From the NCBI GenBank assembly GCA_963422265.1, contig OY729416.1, forward strand, positions 448,001 to 512,000: a stretch of 64,000 nt of DNA, in the 5' to 3' direction. Positions within the stretch are counted from its first letter, which is position 1; each line of letters starts with the position of its first letter. Below the pieces are notes generated by a model. The model ran no database searches. It worked only from the letters and a program-made list of their open reading frames with translations, and was not told the origin of the DNA. Below, one piece after another: positions 29,565-39,615 of the stretch. The DNA comes from Thermodesulfobacteriota bacterium. GTDB taxonomy: Bacteria; Desulfobacterota_D; UBA1144; Nemesobacterales; UBA2774. A program made the position numbers and the translations under genes.

Positions 29565-31475
29565 GTGAACGGTCAATTATTTAGAAACGTAGTGCTGTGG
29601 TTGGTTGTATTCGTGGCAATAATTGCGCTGTACCAGTTGGTGCATACGCCAAGGAGCAGCTACCAGGAGATACCCTATAGTGAGTTTCTATCCAATGTAG
29701 AGAGTGGATACGTAAAAGAACTGGAGTTTAAGGGAGACGAAATAAGAGGAAAGTACACAGATCTAAAGTACACAGATCTAATGAGCGATAGCCCTCAAGA
29801 GGGTTTTAAGACCTTTGGACCCGTTGGCAATGAATTTATCAAAAAACTCGAAGAAAAGGAAATAAAATTTAAGTTTACCTCCAGCAAAGAAAGTTCACTG
29901 ACCAGTATATTAATCAACTGGGCGCCACTGGTTCTCTTAATCGTAATCATGGTCTTTTTTATGAGGCAACTGCAAGCAGGTGGAACTAAAGCGATGTCTT
30001 TTGGAAAGAACCGCGCTAGAATGCTTACGGAGAATCAGAACAAAATAACGTTTAAGGACGTTGCAGGAATAGACGAAGCGAAGGAAGAAGTCCAAGAAAT
30101 AGTAGAGTTTCTCAAAAGCCCGAAGAAGTTTACCAATCTTGGGGGAAGGATACCTAAAGGGATACTCTTGGTTGGTCCTCCTGGAACGGGTAAAACACTC
30201 TTGGCTAAAGCTATAGCAGGTGAAGCTGGCGTGCCATTTTTTATTATTAGCGGCAGCGATTTTGTCGAAATGTTTGTCGGCGTTGGGGCGTCAAGAGTTA
30301 GAGACCTGTTTATTCAGGCTAAGCGTCACGCGCCCTGCATAGTATTTGTGGACGAGCTTGACGCCGTCGGCAGGCACCGGGGCGCCGGTCTTGGCGGTGG
30401 TCACGATGAGAGAGAGCAAACTCTTAATCAGTTACTCGTAGAAATGGATGGATTTGAGTCTAATGAAGGCATAATAGTTATGGCGGCTACAAACCGCCCC
30501 GACGTGTTAGATCCAGCTCTTCTTCGTCCGGGAAGGTTTGACAGACAGGTAGTAGTGCCAAGACCCGATGTTAGGGGTAGGAAGGAAATATTAGAAGTCC
30601 ATTCCAGAAATGCGCCGATGGATGAAGACGTTGATCTATCCGTCATAGCCCGGTCCACCCCAGGCTTTTCGGGTGCCGATCTTGAAAATCTGGTTAACGA
30701 ATCAGCGCTACATGCAGCAAGACATAATAGAAAAAAGATTTCCATGCAGGATTTTGAATACGCAAAGGATAAGGTCATCATGGGCGTTGAAAGGAAGAGC
30801 ATGATCATTAGCGACTCGGAAAAGAGAATAACTGCTTACCACGAGGCGGGTCATGCCCTAGTAGCCAAGCTCACCCCTGAAACCGACCCAATACATAAGG
30901 TGACTATAATTCCAAGGGGAATGGCGCTAGGCGTTACTCAACAACTACCGGTTGAGGACAAATATACTCTCTCCAGAACAAACCTTAATGCTAATATCAT
31001 GGTTCTACTTGGCGGCAGGGCGGCTGAGGAAATAGTTTTTGGGGAAAGAACTAGCGGTGCCGGGAATGATTTGGAGCGCGTTACGGAAATATCACGCAGG
31101 ATGGTATGCGAGTGGGGAATGAGCGAGAAGGTCGGTCCCGTTACCTTTGGAAAAGGGGACGAGCAAATATTCTTAGGACGGGAGATATCAAAGCCTAAGG
31201 ACTATAGCGAAGATACGGCGGTTGAAATAGACAAAGAGATAAAGTCCATCGTTAATAGCAACTACGCGAAAGCCAAAAAACTTTTGGAAGATAATATTAA
31301 GCTGCTCCACAATCTTGCAGAAGTCCTACTAGATAAAGAAGTTATTGATGCTAAGGAACTTGACAAACTTGTTAAGGATTTTACTCAAGGGCAATCTTCC
31401 TCTCCATGGGGAAACCCGACCGGTACCGAAGGTTCCGTAGCCTATAGACATAGTAATAATGCTGAAGACAGTTGA
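29565..31475 (+). CDS. ftsH: ATP-dependent zinc metalloprotease FtsH
   Basis: 2 [33 protein letters not shown]. Confidence 0.98.
   Translation: MNGQLFRNVVLWLVVFVAIIALYQLVHTPRSSYQEIPYSEFLSNVESGYVKELEFKGDEIRGKYTDLKYTDLMSDSPQEGFKTFGPVGNEFIKKLEEKEIKFKFTSSKESSLTSILINWAPLVLLIVIMVFFMRQLQAGGTKAMSFGKNRARMLTENQNKITFKDVAGIDEAKEEVQEIVEFLKSPKKFTNLGGRIPKGILLVGPPGTGKTLLAKAIAGEAGVPFFIISGSDFVEMFVGVGASRVRDLFIQAKRHAPCIVFVDELDAVGRHRGAGLGGGHDEREQTLNQLLVEMDGFESNEGIIVMAATNRPDVLDPALLRPGRFDRQVVVPRPDVRGRKEILEVHSRNAPMDEDVDLSVIARSTPGFSGADLENLVNESALHAARHNRKKISMQDFEYAKDKVIMGVERKSMIISDSEKRITAYHEAGHALVAKLTPETDPIHKVTIIPRGMALGVTQQLPVEDKYTLSRTNLNANIMVLLGGRAAEEIVFGERTSGAGNDLERVTEISRRMVCEWGMSEKVGPVTFGKGDEQIFLGREISKPKDYSEDTAVEIDKEIKSIVNSNYAKAKKLLEDNIKLLHNLAEVLLDKEVIDAKELDKLVKDFTQGQSSSPWGNPTGTEGSVAYRHSNNAEDS
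29751..29780 (+). repeat. 15-bp perfect in-frame tandem duplication in ftsH
   Basis: (AAGTACACAGATCTA)x2 = [10 protein letters not shown]. Confidence 0.9.
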
Positions 31476-31666
31476 TAGCCTCTGTGTATTACACACTTAT
31501 GGCGACTCTATACTTTAACGTCGTCGTTAGTCTTCTTGTAGAAGCCGTTTACGCAGTGGGTTTGGTCTAAGGCAAGGGGCACACAATCGAGAATGCAGGA
31601 GCACCCACGGGGTCGAGTCATAAATACTAGATACAATGTATACAATCGCAAAGTTGTATACCCCAG

Positions 31667-32512
31667 GTGAATACACATATGTTCAAGTGCAGGGGAACGG
31701 AACTCGACTTGAATAAAAGAACCCATATAATGGGCATACTAAACCTTACTCCAGACTCGTTTTATGATACCGCAAAATATACGGAGATAGATTTAGCACT
31801 CAGCCATACCGAAAAAATGGTAAAGGAAGGTGCTGATATTATAGATATCGGTGGAGAGTCAACTCGTCCGGGTTCAGATTCAGTATCTTTAGAAGAAGAA
31901 TTGAACAGAGTTATACCCACAATTCAGGAAATCAGGAAACGCTTTGATGTTACGTTGTCAATAGATACGACAAAATCGACCGTGGCGGAGGAGGCAGCTA
32001 AAGAAGGCGTCTCAATTATAAATGATATTAGTGGACTGAAATTTGACAATAGGATAGCCGAGATTGCGGTAGAATATGAAATGGGGATTGTACTTATGCA
32101 CACAACCTCTCGCCCCAAAGATATGCAGCTTAAAACCCATTATAAATCGCTTGTTCAGGATGTAATAGATTCGCTAAGGTTTTCGGTAGAAAAGGTGCAG
32201 GACATTGGGGTAGCCGACAATTCTATTGTTATTGATCCAGGTTTTGGATTTGGGAAAACACCGGAACAAAACCTTATACTTCTAAAGAATTTGAAGAAGC
32301 TAAGCCAGCTTGGAAAACCGATACTGATAGGCACGTCAAACAAATCATTTATCGGGCAGATTCTGAATAGAAAGATAAACGAAAGGATGGAAGGTACCGC
32401 AGCTACAATAGCGATTGGCATTATGAACGGTGCCTCAATTGTAAGGGTGCACAATGCAGGGCAGATGAGACAGGTTAGCAGGATGGTGGACGCCGTTCTT
32501 AGCGTAAATTAA
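31667..32512 (+). CDS. folP: Dihydropteroate synthase
   Basis: MGILNLTPDSF, DIGGESTRPG, DPGFGFGK, IVRVH. Confidence 0.96.
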   Translation: MNTHMFKCRGTELDLNKRTHIMGILNLTPDSFYDTAKYTEIDLALSHTEKMVKEGADIIDIGGESTRPGSDSVSLEEELNRVIPTIQEIRKRFDVTLSIDTTKSTVAEEAAKEGVSIINDISGLKFDNRIAEIAVEYEMGIVLMHTTSRPKDMQLKTHYKSLVQDVIDSLRFSVEKVQDIGVADNSIVIDPGFGFGKTPEQNLILLKNLKKLSQLGKPILIGTSNKSFIGQILNRKINERMEGTAATIAIGIMNGASIVRVHNAGQMRQVSRMVDAVLSVN

Positions 32513-32535
32513 TAGAACTTTAATGGAATTGTATA

Positions 32536-33357
32536 ATGCTTGAGGGGATATTATTAGATTTTAGATACGTCTGGGACACGCTCGATATAGTCCTTGTCGC
32601 CTTCATTATTTACTATGTCTTAAGTATTATAGAAGGCACGCGGGCGGTCCAGATATTGCTCGGACTGGTGTTGCTGGCATTGCTGTATTATTTTTCTCAA
32701 AGAGGGCTTTTTACGTTGAACTGGATTCTAGGACAGTTTCTAGGATCTATAATTCTAATCGTCGTAATCTTATTTCAGCATGATATAAGGCGCGGACTTG
32801 CAGCCATGGGCAGAAGGCCATTCCTTCTAAAGATGTTTTCAGGGAAGTCAAAGCAACTATTCGTCGAAGAAATTGTAAAAGCGTCGGCATACCTTGCCAA
32901 TCGCAATATAGGGGCGCTTATTGTGGTTGAAAGGAACAACAGCCTCTCGGATTTTATAGAAATAGGTATGAGCGTTGACGCCCTTGTGTCAAGAGAGCTA
33001 ATAATAAGCATTTTTAATCCTAGCTCTCCGCTTCATGACGGTGGAATAATTATTGGCGGAAATAGAATACTATCTGCAGGTTCATTTTTTCCTCTGGCTA
33101 CTGATCTTGATCTTGAGAGAGCGCTTGGAACAAGACATAGGGCTGCTATAGGACTATCTTCAGAGACCGATGCGTTAGTAATAGTGGTTTCAGAGGAAAC
33201 GGGTGTAATTTCTCTTGCTTCAGGGGGCGAACTTACAAGGGGGCTTGATCCAGTGACGCTTAACAGCGTGCTCCTTGACCTGCTTGGAATTCAGACTAAT
33301 CAGTTGGAAACGAGTAAAGCTTCAAGAAACGGGCTCGGGAAGGAGGAGAATAAGTAA
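32536..33357 (+). CDS. cdaA: Membrane diadenylate cyclase
   Basis: 3 N-terminal TM, GALIV, SPLHDGG, LGTRHRAA, VVSEETG. Confidence 0.93.
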   Translation: MLEGILLDFRYVWDTLDIVLVAFIIYYVLSIIEGTRAVQILLGLVLLALLYYFSQRGLFTLNWILGQFLGSIILIVVILFQHDIRRGLAAMGRRPFLLKMFSGKSKQLFVEEIVKASAYLANRNIGALIVVERNNSLSDFIEIGMSVDALVSRELIISIFNPSSPLHDGGIIIGGNRILSAGSFFPLATDLDLERALGTRHRAAIGLSSETDALVIVVSEETGVISLASGGELTRGLDPVTLNSVLLDLLGIQTNQLETSKASRNGLGKEENK

Positions 33358-33375
33358 GTTTGTGAGAGCCTCGTT

Positions 33376-34359
33376 ATGATGGATTGGCTAAAAGCACAAC
33401 TTCGATTGAATAAAAACGTATCCCTGGTCGACAGGCATATAGGGAAGAAGATACTTGCCGTTGTAATTTCTACGGCGCTGTGGATGGTGGCGAACCTCCA
33501 GTATGACGTCGAAAAAAACATATCTGTTGATGTTAACTACGCCAATTTGTCCGCTGGTCTTATTGTGGCTAATAACCCTCCTGAGAAACTGAGCGTAAGG
33601 GTGAGGGGCCCGCGCAGCCAACTTATGTCGATGTCTCCACAAAAAATGTTCTTTACTATTGATCTTTCAAACGTGTCACAAGGCATGTCTATGTTCGAGC
33701 TAACGACGGATCAGATCAAACCTCCACGAGAGGTTCAGGTTACGGGCATTAGTCCCTCAGAAATTAAGGTTGAAGTAGATAAACTCAGAAGAAAAGACAT
33801 TATGGTCAAACCCTCAGTAGGAGCACCAGCTATGGGTTATGAAATTGTCGGCGAGCCTGCGGTTAGTCCTAAGAGGATTAAGATCGAGGGACCGAGCAAC
33901 TTACTTAAACAGATTAAAACCATTACTACGGATCCAGTATCCGTTGATAAAGAAAAGTCTAAATTTACAATAGAAGTGCAGTTAAGGCCACCCTACCCTC
34001 TTATTAGTATAGTAGGAGAAAACACGGTAAAGATCAGCATCGATGTTAAAGAAAAAACCTTGGCGAAGGAGTTTAATGACCTTGATATCAACTTCGTAAA
34101 CTTTGACGGGCTTGATTACAAAGACGGGCTTGATTACAAAATAGAAGGGAACATAGTTACGGAACTCGCTTTTGAGGGACCGTTCAGTATCATCAATAAT
34201 CTAAACAGTGACGACATAGACTTCTTCGTAGATGGAAGTGGTATAAAATCTAGGCTCAGGAAAGAGCATAGGTTAAAAGTTAACGTTAATTACCCTCATA
34301 AAGATATACTCAAAATTACGAAGCAACTCCCAAAAACAATCAGGATTAGACTTAGATAG
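33376..34359 (+). CDS. cdaR: YbbR-domain regulator CdaR
   Basis: N-terminal TM (KILAVVISTALW), V.V.GP-type YbbR repeats; position between cdaA and glmM. Confidence 0.85.
   Translation: MMDWLKAQLRLNKNVSLVDRHIGKKILAVVISTALWMVANLQYDVEKNISVDVNYANLSAGLIVANNPPEKLSVRVRGPRSQLMSMSPQKMFFTIDLSNVSQGMSMFELTTDQIKPPREVQVTGISPSEIKVEVDKLRRKDIMVKPSVGAPAMGYEIVGEPAVSPKRIKIEGPSNLLKQIKTITTDPVSVDKEKSKFTIEVQLRPPYPLISIVGENTVKISIDVKEKTLAKEFNDLDINFVNFDGLDYKDGLDYKIEGNIVTELAFEGPFSIINNLNSDDIDFFVDGSGIKSRLRKEHRLKVNVNYPHKDILKITKQLPKTIRIRLR
34105..34140 (+). repeat. 18-bp perfect in-frame tandem duplication in cdaR
   Basis: (GACGGGCTTGATTACAAA)x2 = DGLDYK DGLDYK. Confidence 0.9.
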
Positions 34360-34373
34360 ACTGGAGACTGTAG

Positions 34374-35756
34374 ATGGAGTTTAAGCATAAAGAGCGTCTT
34401 TTCGGAACGGACGGCATTAGAGGAATAGCTAATAAATATCCTATGACTTCGGAGATGGGACTCAGGCTAGGGAAGGTGCTAACTTATATACTTAGGCAAA
34501 GTAAAAAGGCTGCGAAAGCTCCAAAGATAGTAATCGGCAAGGATACAAGACTCTCAGGCTATCTATTTGAGCAGGCATTATCTTCGGGAATAGCATCTAT
34601 GGGAGGGAACATCTCTTTTGTCGGCGTGTTACCAACCCCTGCTATTGCCTTTATTACGTCTAGCACAAGGGCTGACGCGGGGATTGTAATATCAGCTTCT
34701 CATAATTCCTATGAGGATAACGGCATAAAAATATTCGATAGATTCGGCTTCAAACTTCCCGATAAAAAGGAGCTTGCAATTGAGAAGCTACTTCAGAACG
34801 GGGATTCGGATGAGGCTTTTAAAACTTCTTCCAAAGTAATTGGTAAAGCCTTCAGGATTGAAGATGCTCAGGGGAGATATATCGTCTTTGCCAAGAATGC
34901 GTTTCCTCGGCATTTAACCCTTGATGGAATCAAGATTGTGCTTGACTGTGCGAATGGTGCGGCATATAGGGTGGCTCCGACTATTCTTCAAGAACTGGGC
35001 GCCGAGGTAATCACTATCGGAGTCGAGCCGGATGGTACCAATATTAATGCTAATTGTGGCTCGCTCAATCCTGAGTTATTAAGCAACAAGGTTGTGGAGA
35101 CGGGTGCCGACCTTGGAATTGCCCTTGATGGAGATGGGGATAGGGTAGTCTTTTCCGATGAAAAAGGGGAAATTGTAGACGGAGATAAGATCATAGCGAT
35201 CTGCGCTGATGAAATGATTAGGAATCAAGCGCTTAAACAAAATACCTTAGTAACAACTCTTATGAGTAATATGGCTCTTGAAAGGTTTATTTGTGATAGA
35301 GGGGGTGTTTTTGTAAGAACCCAGGTTGGTGATAGATACGTTGTGGAAGAAATGAGGACGAGAAAATGCAACCTCGGTGGAGAGAAGTCGGGACATATAA
35401 TATTTCTTGATCATACAACAACGGGTGACGGTATGCTCGCCTCGCTTCAGGTACTGGCGATTATGAGATTAAAAGAAACTACTTTGTCAGAACTCTCAAA
35501 GATTATTGATCTTTACCCACAGGTGCTTATTAACGTGAAGGTTAGAGAAAAAAGAGACTTTGTGAAAATCCCAGGTTTCAACGAATTGATAAATAAAAAC
35601 GAAAGACGACTTAATGAAAAAGGGAGAATCAATATCCGTTATTCTGGCACAGAGCCGATATTGAGAGTAATGGTAGAAGGCGAAGACGAGTTGCTTATAG
35701 AAGGAATCACTCACGAGATAGTTGGTCTGCTGCGCAAAGAAGTAGGTTCGAGCTAA
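34374..35756 (+). CDS. glmM: Phosphoglucosamine mutase
   Basis: LFGTDGIRG, ISASHN, DGDGDR, GGEKSGH, RYSGTEP. Confidence 0.96.
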   Translation: MEFKHKERLFGTDGIRGIANKYPMTSEMGLRLGKVLTYILRQSKKAAKAPKIVIGKDTRLSGYLFEQALSSGIASMGGNISFVGVLPTPAIAFITSSTRADAGIVISASHNSYEDNGIKIFDRFGFKLPDKKELAIEKLLQNGDSDEAFKTSSKVIGKAFRIEDAQGRYIVFAKNAFPRHLTLDGIKIVLDCANGAAYRVAPTILQELGAEVITIGVEPDGTNINANCGSLNPELLSNKVVETGADLGIALDGDGDRVVFSDEKGEIVDGDKIIAICADEMIRNQALKQNTLVTTLMSNMALERFICDRGGVFVRTQVGDRYVVEEMRTRKCNLGGEKSGHIIFLDHTTTGDGMLASLQVLAIMRLKETTLSELSKIIDLYPQVLINVKVREKRDFVKIPGFNELINKNERRLNEKGRINIRYSGTEPILRVMVEGEDELLIEGITHEIVGLLRKEVGSS

Positions 35757-35758
35757 CA

Positions 35759-36472
35759 ATGCCGAAGTTGAACGTTAATATCGACCACGTCGCAACGGTG
35801 CGACAGGCAAGAGGGGTGAACGAGCCTGATCCAGTTCTTGCAGCTTATCTAGCCGAGGTTGCAGGAGCCCAAGGGATCGTAGCGCACCTTAGAGAAGACA
35901 GAAGACATATACAAGATAGGGACCTTAAGATCCTACGGCAAACTATAAAAACAAAACTCAATATGGAAATGGCGCCCACTGATGAAATGGTGAGGATCTC
36001 ATCAAAACTCAGACCTGATATGGCTACTCTAGTTCCAGAAAAAAGACAGGAGCTAACAACGGAAGGCGGTCTTAATGTAATAAATAATCTACAAACGTTA
36101 AACAAAACGGTTGGGAAGTTCAGAGACAAAGGGATTTTGGTGAGCCTTTTTATTGATCCTGATCCTGAACAAATAAAAGCCTCAAAAGATATAGACGCCT
36201 ATATGGTTGAAATTCACACTGGACTATACGCAAATTCAACGAATGAAGACGAAAAAGAACAGGAATTAAGAAAAATTGAGGAGGCAGCAGAGATTGCCCT
36301 TGATTACAAACTGAGAGTAGCGGCAGGCCACGGACTCGATTACATAAATGTAGAGCCGGTAGCGGCAATTGAGGCAATTGAAGAGTTGAATATAGGGCAT
36401 AGTATAATATCCCGCTCAATTATAGTGGGAATAGAGCAAGCAGTTGGTGAAATGATTACGCTTTGTAGGTAA
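35759..36472 (+). CDS. pdxJ: Pyridoxine 5'-phosphate synthase
   Basis: VNIDHVATVRQAR, HLREDRRHI, AGHGL, ELNIGHSI. Confidence 0.97.
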   Translation: MPKLNVNIDHVATVRQARGVNEPDPVLAAYLAEVAGAQGIVAHLREDRRHIQDRDLKILRQTIKTKLNMEMAPTDEMVRISSKLRPDMATLVPEKRQELTTEGGLNVINNLQTLNKTVGKFRDKGILVSLFIDPDPEQIKASKDIDAYMVEIHTGLYANSTNEDEKEQELRKIEEAAEIALDYKLRVAAGHGLDYINVEPVAAIEAIEELNIGHSIISRSIIVGIEQAVGEMITLCR

Positions 36473-36547
36473 GCTATATGATTGGTAAATAGCCCCCAAA
36501 TCTCCAAATGGAACAGAATCCTCCCTCCGATCCTTGCTGGCCGATTC

Positions 36548-37000
36548 TTACCGGCAGTCGGAGCAAACACCATAGATTTGGAGTTTACGTTTCTTTACGT
36601 AGAACTGGTTTAGTTTTGCGATTTGGTCTAAGCAAAGCTCAATCTGAGAGTTCGCGAACTCTACAATCTTGCCACATTCCGTGCATATAATATGGTGATG
36701 GTCCGTATCAGACCTAAGGGGTTCATACTTGGCTTTGCCATCTTCAAAATCTCTCTCATAAGCTATACCAGACTCTGTGAATAGCTTCAACGTTCTGTAT
36801 ATGGTTGCGTATCCAATAGAAGAATGCTTTCTCTTTATACTCTCATAAAGCTCTTCGACAGTGACGTGCTTTCCCGTATAATTATTAAAAAATTCATCGA
36901 AAATAGCCTCTCTTTGTTTAGTTGATTTGAGATGTTTTTTAGATATGTATTCGTTGAAGGTTTTTCTTTTTTCCATTTTATGCTTAGCTAAAGGGGTCAT
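36548..37000 (-). CDS. fur: Fur-family metalloregulator
   Basis: TKQR.AI, H.T.EELY, ATIYRTLKL, HHHIICTECG, C-terminal CSDC; metal specificity not determinable. Confidence 0.88.
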   Translation of the reverse strand: MTPLAKHKMEKRKTFNEYISKKHLKSTKQREAIFDEFFNNYTGKHVTVEELYESIKRKHSSIGYATIYRTLKLFTESGIAYERDFEDGKAKYEPLRSDTDHHHIICTECGKIVEFANSQIELCLDQIAKLNQFYVKKRKLQIYGVCSDCR

Positions 37001-37166
37001 TGAGTAGCCCTTTGATTTTAATATATTGTATCATAATAAAAATAATATCAACAGGTTAAAGCTACTAAATAGGAATTATTACCATTCATATAGCTGTATA
37101 GAGAACACAAAGTCCAGTCTATGATACAATCTTGAAGTATCCACAACATTCTCTAATCTGAATGAA

Positions 37167-38417
37167 ATGAAATTAGATATGTTTTCTTATCTTAACTCAC
37201 TCGGTCAACATAGAGTTAAACCCGGTATTGATCGTATAAAAGCGTTACTAGGATTCTTTGACAACCCCCATAGTAAAGCACCGTCGATAATTGTTGGCGG
37301 CACCAACGGTAAGGGCTCAGTCGCTTCCGCTATCTCATCAGTCTTATCTGCTCAAGGCTATAAAGTGGGTTTATATACGTCTCCTCATTTAGTAAGAGTA
37401 ACAGAGAGAATAAGTATAAACGAAACTGAGATTCGGGAATCCGATCTATCCGATACATTAAGGTGCGTTAAGGATTTATCTGAGAGACAATTGGCAGAGC
37501 CTCTCAGTTATTTTGAATTTCTAACTGCCGCTGCATTTTTATACTTTGCCGAAAGCTCAGTAGATTTTAACGTGCTCGAAGTGGGAATGGGCGGGAGGTG
37601 GGACGCGACAAATATTGTAACGCCTTTGGTCTCTGTAATAACCAATATTTCTAAGGATCACACCGAATATCTAGGAAACACGACGGATGAGATTGCATAT
37701 GAAAAGGCTCTCATAATAAAACCGGGTGTCCCCTGTGTAACGGCTGTAAGAGGAAGCTCACTCAAGATTATTTTAGCTCAGGCGGAGAGGGTAAATTCTG
37801 ACGTCCGCATTTTAGGAAAAGATTTCACTTGTGTTGAAAATAATAGCGGTAATCTTACTTATTCGGGTAAGACGTGGATGATAGAGAATGTAGAATCCAG
37901 TTTAGTAGGTTACTACCAGATAAGTAATTTGACGTTGGCGATAGCGGCGTTAGAGACGCTTTCTGATTTTAACGAAGTGCAAATTGACGAGCAAAACCTG
38001 AGACAAGGGCTTTCTCGAATAAAGCTGGAAGGAAGATTTGAGATCATTAGAGATGACCCTCCACTTATAATGGATGGAGCCCACAATTCCGGAGCGGCAA
38101 AATCACTTGTAGAATCCTTGACTAAATCTTTTCCGGGACGGAGGTTTACCTTTCTAGTGGGGATGCTAAGCGATAAAGATCACCAGATGTATATAAAGGA
38201 GGTATCTGCGGTCGCGGATAAAATCATATTTACCGAAGTTCCCTCACCAAGAACGATAAAAGCCCGCGATTTAGCAAGAAAGGCAGAACCGCTTAGGAAC
38301 AAGTTTGAAATTCTGGCAAACTATGAAAAAGCGTGGGATAAAGTAATCAGTCTCAAATCACCTGCATGCGTAACTGGCTCTCTTCATCTGATCGGGTCTA
38401 TTAAAAATCTTCTTTAG
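37167..38417 (+). CDS. folC: Folylpolyglutamate synthase/dihydrofolate synthase
   Basis: VGGTNGKGS, YTSPHL, EVGMGGRWDATN, DGAHN. Confidence 0.95.
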   Translation: MKLDMFSYLNSLGQHRVKPGIDRIKALLGFFDNPHSKAPSIIVGGTNGKGSVASAISSVLSAQGYKVGLYTSPHLVRVTERISINETEIRESDLSDTLRCVKDLSERQLAEPLSYFEFLTAAAFLYFAESSVDFNVLEVGMGGRWDATNIVTPLVSVITNISKDHTEYLGNTTDEIAYEKALIIKPGVPCVTAVRGSSLKIILAQAERVNSDVRILGKDFTCVENNSGNLTYSGKTWMIENVESSLVGYYQISNLTLAIAALETLSDFNEVQIDEQNLRQGLSRIKLEGRFEIIRDDPPLIMDGAHNSGAAKSLVESLTKSFPGRRFTFLVGMLSDKDHQMYIKEVSAVADKIIFTEVPSPRTIKARDLARKAEPLRNKFEILANYEKAWDKVISLKSPACVTGSLHLIGSIKNLL

Positions 38418-38510
38418 GTCTTTACTTAGCAGTTTCTAGTTATTAGGATTTTAAGGCTGTCGAAGACTGACAGAAAGGTTATATAATTCACAGGTGGAGT
38501 GTGTAAGTTT

Positions 38511-39545
38511 ATGCCAGAAGTAGGAATTGTACTTGATAGGCTTTATGCAGAGCACGATAACGGTATGGGACACCCCGAGTCTAGGGAAAGGGTTCTAGCT
38601 ATAGTGGATATGCTCAGGTATACAAATTTATTTGAAGAAGTGATTCACATTAAGGCTAGAAACGCAACTAAAGAGGAGATAATGCTAGTCCATGAGCCGA
38701 GATACTACGAAACAATCGCCAGAACCAAGGGCAAACCGAGGGTGTTTCTGGATGCCGATACATCAACGTGCGCCCTGTCGTTTGACGCAGCGGTTAGAGC
38801 GGTGGGAGGAATACTCTCCGCGATAGATAGCATACTCAGAGGAGAAGTAAGTAGAGCTCTCCCTATTGTTCGCCCACCTGGGCACCACGCAGAAGCCGGT
38901 AGAGCCATGGGGTTTTGTCTGTTCAATAACATTGCAGTTGGAGCAGCTTATTTAACCCGAATTGAAGGTCTTAAGCGCGTTCTCGTTATGGACTGGGATC
39001 TTCATCATGGTAACGGCACTCAGCACATATTTTATGACAAATCAGAGGTGCTTTACTTTTCAGTTCACCAGTATCCATACTATCCAGGCACTGGAGGGCT
39101 TGCGGAAATCGGCGAAGGGCAAGGTAAAGGCTACAATGTAAATGTGCCTCTATCTTCTGGAATGGGAGATAATGAATACATTAGGATATTTGAGGAAATA
39201 CTGTCTCCCGTAATTGATCAGTATGAACCCCAGTTTATATTAGTTTCAGCGGGGTTTGATACCTATTTTGATGACCCATTGGGAGGAATGAAAGTAACCC
39301 CGCAGGGGTTTTCTAAAATGACAAGGTTTTTGACCGATGCTGCGGATAAACACTGTCAAAGTAATATAGTCTTCATACTTGAAGGCGGATATAACTTGGA
39401 CGGACTTTGGGTCTCAATAAAGGAAGTTGTTGAGGAGCTTATGGATAAAAAATTATCTGATTATAAACTATCAGAAAGCAATCCACAGATCTACTCGATT
39501 ATTGAGGATGTAAAAAAGGCTTATACTGCATATTGGACGTTCTAA
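38511..39545 (+). CDS. Histone deacetylase-family amidohydrolase
   Basis: HPE..ER, RPPGHHA, GFCLFNN, DWDLHHGNGT, SAGFD, LEGGY. Confidence 0.93.
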   Translation: MPEVGIVLDRLYAEHDNGMGHPESRERVLAIVDMLRYTNLFEEVIHIKARNATKEEIMLVHEPRYYETIARTKGKPRVFLDADTSTCALSFDAAVRAVGGILSAIDSILRGEVSRALPIVRPPGHHAEAGRAMGFCLFNNIAVGAAYLTRIEGLKRVLVMDWDLHHGNGTQHIFYDKSEVLYFSVHQYPYYPGTGGLAEIGEGQGKGYNVNVPLSSGMGDNEYIRIFEEILSPVIDQYEPQFILVSAGFDTYFDDPLGGMKVTPQGFSKMTRFLTDAADKHCQSNIVFILEGGYNLDGLWVSIKEVVEELMDKKLSDYKLSESNPQIYSIIEDVKKAYTAYWTF

Positions 39546-39615
39546 ACTCTCTTTGGTTCGGTGAGGTTTCTCAACCATGAGGTTTCAGTGAACTCAACCA
39601 GGCAATTCAGCCAAA

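Noticed and set aside
37071-37089. Possible Fur box upstream of fur/folC
   Set aside because: Weak match to GATAATGATAATCATTATC in an AT-rich region
39546-39615. Short repeats (TGAGGTTTC and TCAACCA, each twice) between convergent genes as a CRISPR or REP element
   Set aside because: Only two short copies, with no spacer periodicity and no cas genes
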